DNA from: Cyanobacteria bacterium P01_A01_bin.123
GTDB taxonomy: Bacteria > Cyanobacteriota > Cyanobacteriia > Phormidesmidales > Phormidesmidaceae
Direction: 5' to 3'
Length of the DNA: 64,000 nucleotides
Assembly: GCA_039815185.1 (NCBI GenBank)
Contig: JBCBZT010000009.1
Span: 128,001 to 192,000, forward strand
The notes under the pieces are model-generated. The model was not told the DNA's origin, did not search any database, and saw nothing but the letters and a program-made list of their open reading frames with translations. Shown in pieces: positions 61,093-64,000 of the stretch. The translations under genes and the position numbers were made by a program. Position 1 is the stretch's first letter. Each line of letters begins with the position of its first letter.

Positions 61093-61306
61093 TATTACTT
61101 AAACTCCAGAAAAGATAATGTGGGGCAAATAATCTCAAGAGCAAAATCTGTCGTAAAGAGCTGCCCTCAGCTCTTTGTGTTTAGGGCATAGAGCAGAGCT
61201 TGCGGTGCGATGCTCGCTCGGAGCGAAATTTTCGAGGGAAAAGACTTTTGAGGTCAAAGATTTTGCTGCGGCTAAGTCTGGGTCGCGCGTCCGTTTTTAG
61301 CATTGA

Positions 61307-61335
61307 GGGTTGTGGCAACAACGTCACCACAACCC
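61307..61335 (-). terminator. Hairpin downstream of the nuclease gene
   Basis: GGGTTGTGG-11 nt-CCACAACCC; no clear T run. Confidence 0.45.
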
Positions 61336-61351
61336 CCAGCCAAAATCAGAT

Positions 61352-64000
61352 TTAGACCCCTAAGTCATCAACGATCGTGAAGTTCCGGGCAACGGTTCCA
61401 AGCAAATCACCATTCAGGTTATTTCTTGAATAAAGGTCAAACTCGATGGTGTTATCGCCCTGGGGCAGTAGGCCAACGCCTCCCCCTCTGTAGTTATTGC
61501 CGTTATTGCCAAACAGTGCGTAGGGTTCGACATTCTCGGTCTGAGTTACCTGACCATCGTTGAGATCGAGGAACATACTCTCAACCTGGCCAAAGAGGAG
61601 GCTGTCATCGGGCACAAATGCTGCAATGGTGACATTTTTACCTGCAAGTGTGCTGGCTAGGATTTCATCGCCCTCCTCAAGTGGGGTCAGTAATTGATCG
61701 GTGTCAGCATTGAAGAAGGCAACATCAATATCCAACGAACCGGAAATATCGTCGATGATCGTAAAGTTGCGGGTAACTGTGCCAAGCAGATCGCCTCGCA
61801 GCCGATTTTGAGCATAAAGATCGAACTCGATGGTGTTATCGCCCTGGGGCAGTAGGCCAACGCCTCCCCCTCTGTAGTTATTGCGATTATTGCCGAACAG
61901 CGCGTAGGGTTCGACATTCTCAGTCTGAGTTACCTGGCCGTCGTTGAGGTCAAGGAACATGCTCTCAACATTGGCGAAGACGCTATCGTCAGGGACGAAC
62001 GCAGCAATAGTGACATTGCGACCAAAGAGATCACTCGCTAGGATTTCATCGTCTCCCTCAAGTGTCGTAATCACAGTGTCACTGTCTGCATCGTAGATCG
62101 CAATCTCAAGGTCGGTAGCGGTGTCAGATGCAAGTTCAAGGCCAACAATCAAGGGATCGTGATCAGAGTTGCGGAAGGGAGTTGTGCCATCAAAGAGAGC
62201 CGGATTGCGACCAAAATCGAGGTTGTAGTCAAAGGCATCGGGCTCATCTGCATTAATGTGCCATTCGGTGGTTCCAGTGACTTGCGGTAGCAGACTGGAG
62301 GAGGCTAATCCATAGTCTAGGGTGCCTTGTTGTCCATCAAAGACGAAGGAGTAGGCTGAATCGCCCTCAAACAGTTCTGCCAGGTTGGTATATCCGGCTG
62401 CTTCCAGTGTAGTGAGGGGATCTTCCTGAGCATAGGCATTGAGATCTCCCAGAATCAGGAAGTCGCTGTCACCACTGCCCGTAGGATCGGTGGCCAACCA
62501 ATCGGCCAGGGCTTGAGCAGCTTTGGTGCGGGTATCGTTCCAAAAACCTTGGCCATCTCCCTGATCGACATCTGGGTTAGATAACGGCCCCCCTTCAAGC
62601 CCAGAATCACCCTTGGATTTGAAGTGGTTGACGACGGCGGTAAAGGTTTCCCCATTGGCGTCTTCGAAGGTTTGGGCGATCGCCGGACGGTTCCGTTGCA
62701 GCCCTGTGCCGTTGGGGTCGGTAAAGCTGGGGGCATCTAGAATGGCGACATCCCCGACAGGGGTTACTGCATTGGTTTTGTAAATCATGCCGACGGTGAT
62801 GGCATCCGTTCCCACTAAACCTGGGGTGCTAATGAAAGCGTAGGTAGTGCCAGTTCCAGCAAGGGCTGCATTCAGTTCGGCGACGAGGTTAGCCAGGGCG
62901 GCATCGTCGCTGCTATTTTCTAGTTCAACCAGCCCCAGAACATCGGCATCCAGTTCAACTAGCGTGGTGACCAGCTTTTGCGTTTGGCGATCAAATTCTG
63001 CAGTTGCAGGTTCTACACCAAATTCTGTCAGGTCATCAGCCCCACGAGGTTCTAGGCCAGCCTCTGTGAGGGGATTGTCGTTGAAGGAAATGCCATCATC
63101 CAGCGTAGTGAAGTAGTTGAGGACGTTAAAGCTGACGACCTTCAGGTTGCCTCCGACCGGATCTGGGGTTTCTGGACGGGGATTGGTGGCTTGGAAATCG
63201 ACTGGATCTACGGGCTGAATCCGGTAGTCACCGAAGCCAAAGCTGAGGACACCCGTGAGGTCTGTTACCGTATCTCCCCCTCGGAGCGGATTGTTGGCAC
63301 TGAGGGGATTGCCGCCTCGACCATGAATAATCGGGTCGGGGTTCTGAACAGTCTGGCCATCGTCTAAAACAATGCGCCGTTTCTCGATCGCCTCTTGGTG
63401 AGCCGCAAACCCAGCAGCATCAGGCGCATTGAACTGGGTGAACTGATCCAGGCGTCCGTCGGTGCCAGGGGCGTTGCTATCGCCATCAGCAGACAGCACC
63501 ACTTCACCGAAGCGATCCAGATTGAAATACTCGGTGACAAAAAGTGTTTCAGGAATGGTGATCTGCATTCCCTCATAGGCTTCTAAGTCGTCAACCGTTG
63601 TGACTGGGAAGTTAACCGTTGCGGCTGTCGGTAGGGTATCGGTACCTTCGACAGAAACGGAGACATTAGTGAGTTCAGTTAAGCCTTCGAACTCAGTGAC
63701 TGTACCCGTAATCTGAACCACATCACCCACGTTGACGTCTACTGCCGGGGAGCTGCCATCAAAAATGAAAAGTCCTTCAGAGGTGGTGGCATCAGCGTCC
63801 GCATCTACATCTTGCTCTTGGACGAAGAAGCCGTTCAGATCGCCATCGGTGCCCGCAGCACCATCCTGGAAGTCGCCGACCACAACGGCTTCGATCGTTA
63901 CCTGTTGACCTTCGATGGGGCTGGATGCGCCATTGCCTTGAATCGCCGAAATGGAGGTGATCGCCACACCATCATCGTTTTGGATGGTGCCGTCTGCAGT
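61352..64000 (-). CDS. ExeM/NucH-family extracellular endonuclease (5' truncated by window edge)
   Basis: ISAIQG...GFFVQ OB fold, LEAYEGM, SFNVLNYF, NHFKSKG, LGDLNAY, SDHDP; frame open to 64000 (TADGTIQNDD, Calx-beta-like end); duplicated C-terminal domain. Confidence 0.9.
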   Translation of the reverse strand, partial: TADGTIQNDDGVAITSISAIQGNGASSPIEGQQVTIEAVVVGDFQDGAAGTDGDLNGFFVQEQDVDADADATTSEGLFIFDGSSPAVDVNVGDVVQITGTVTEFEGLTELTNVSVSVEGTDTLPTAATVNFPVTTVDDLEAYEGMQITIPETLFVTEYFNLDRFGEVVLSADGDSNAPGTDGRLDQFTQFNAPDAAGFAAHQEAIEKRRIVLDDGQTVQNPDPIIHGRGGNPLSANNPLRGGDTVTDLTGVLSFGFGDYRIQPVDPVDFQATNPRPETPDPVGGNLKVVSFNVLNYFTTLDDGISFNDNPLTEAGLEPRGADDLTEFGVEPATAEFDRQTQKLVTTLVELDADVLGLVELENSSDDAALANLVAELNAALAGTGTTYAFISTPGLVGTDAITVGMIYKTNAVTPVGDVAILDAPSFTDPNGTGLQRNRPAIAQTFEDANGETFTAVVNHFKSKGDSGLEGGPLSNPDVDQGDGQGFWNDTRTKAAQALADWLATDPTGSGDSDFLILGDLNAYAQEDPLTTLEAAGYTNLAELFEGDSAYSFVFDGQQGTLDYGLASSSLLPQVTGTTEWHINADEPDAFDYNLDFGRNPALFDGTTPFRNSDHDPLIVGLELASDTATDLEIAIYDADSDTVITTLEGDDEILASDLFGRNVTIAAFVPDDSVFANVESMFLDLNDGQVTQTENVEPYALFGNNRNNYRGGGVGLLPQGDNTIEFDLYAQNRLRGDLLGTVTRNFTIIDDISGSLDIDVAFFNADTDQLLTPLEEGDEILASTLAGKNVTIAAFVPDDSLLFGQVESMFLDLNDGQVTQTENVEPYALFGNNGNNYRGGGVGLLPQGDNTIEFDLYSRNNLNGDLLGTVARNFTIVDDLGV

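Larger units (their letters stand above)
1..64000. repeat. HIP1 octamer GCGATCGC highly iterated across the window
   Basis: Dozens of copies in coding and non-coding DNA (for example near 40, 101, 60115, 60936); cyanobacterial hallmark. Confidence 0.95.

Noticed and set aside
61093..61306. Riboswitch or Pho box upstream of the phosphatase remnant
   Set aside because: Only short hairpins are present; no recognisable aptamer and no 11-bp-spaced TTAA repeats

Overview
This is a 64-kb chromosomal window from a cyanobacterium. The HIP1 octamer GCGATCGC occurs throughout, and there are cyanobacterial-type fbaA, hemB, sigA, lexA and Mg-chelatase H genes; a filamentous Leptolyngbya/Nodosilinea-like lineage is only an inference. 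Positions 1-47 kb are mostly housekeeping and signalling genes: the folC end, hemB, tRNA-Lys(UUU), fbaA, a PP2C/STAS pair, lexA, sigA, an EcxA-like metalloprotease, a fetAB-like ABC pair, a second Mg-chelatase H paralogue, a CBS-PAS kinase/receiver/GGDEF-EAL cassette, SpoIID, the rimP-nusA-ylxR-infB operon and pnp. From about 47.6 kb the region is accessory and all on the minus strand. An acetoacetate-decarboxylase-like gene, an FAD oxidoreductase, a giant Ser/Thr kinase-STAND ATPase-GAF-adenylate cyclase and a CAP/lectin-like protein lie between two direct copies of a 105-bp structured element. Next comes a shattered secreted phosphatase-like gene, interrupted exactly at HIP1 sites by an AT-rich TPR gene and an IS6 remnant, and then an ExeM-type extracellular nuclease that runs off the window. 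Several families of miniature repeats are visible, some inserted in frame inside a coding sequence. No CRISPR array or rRNA was seen. All family calls come from motif recognition by eye; no database search was run.
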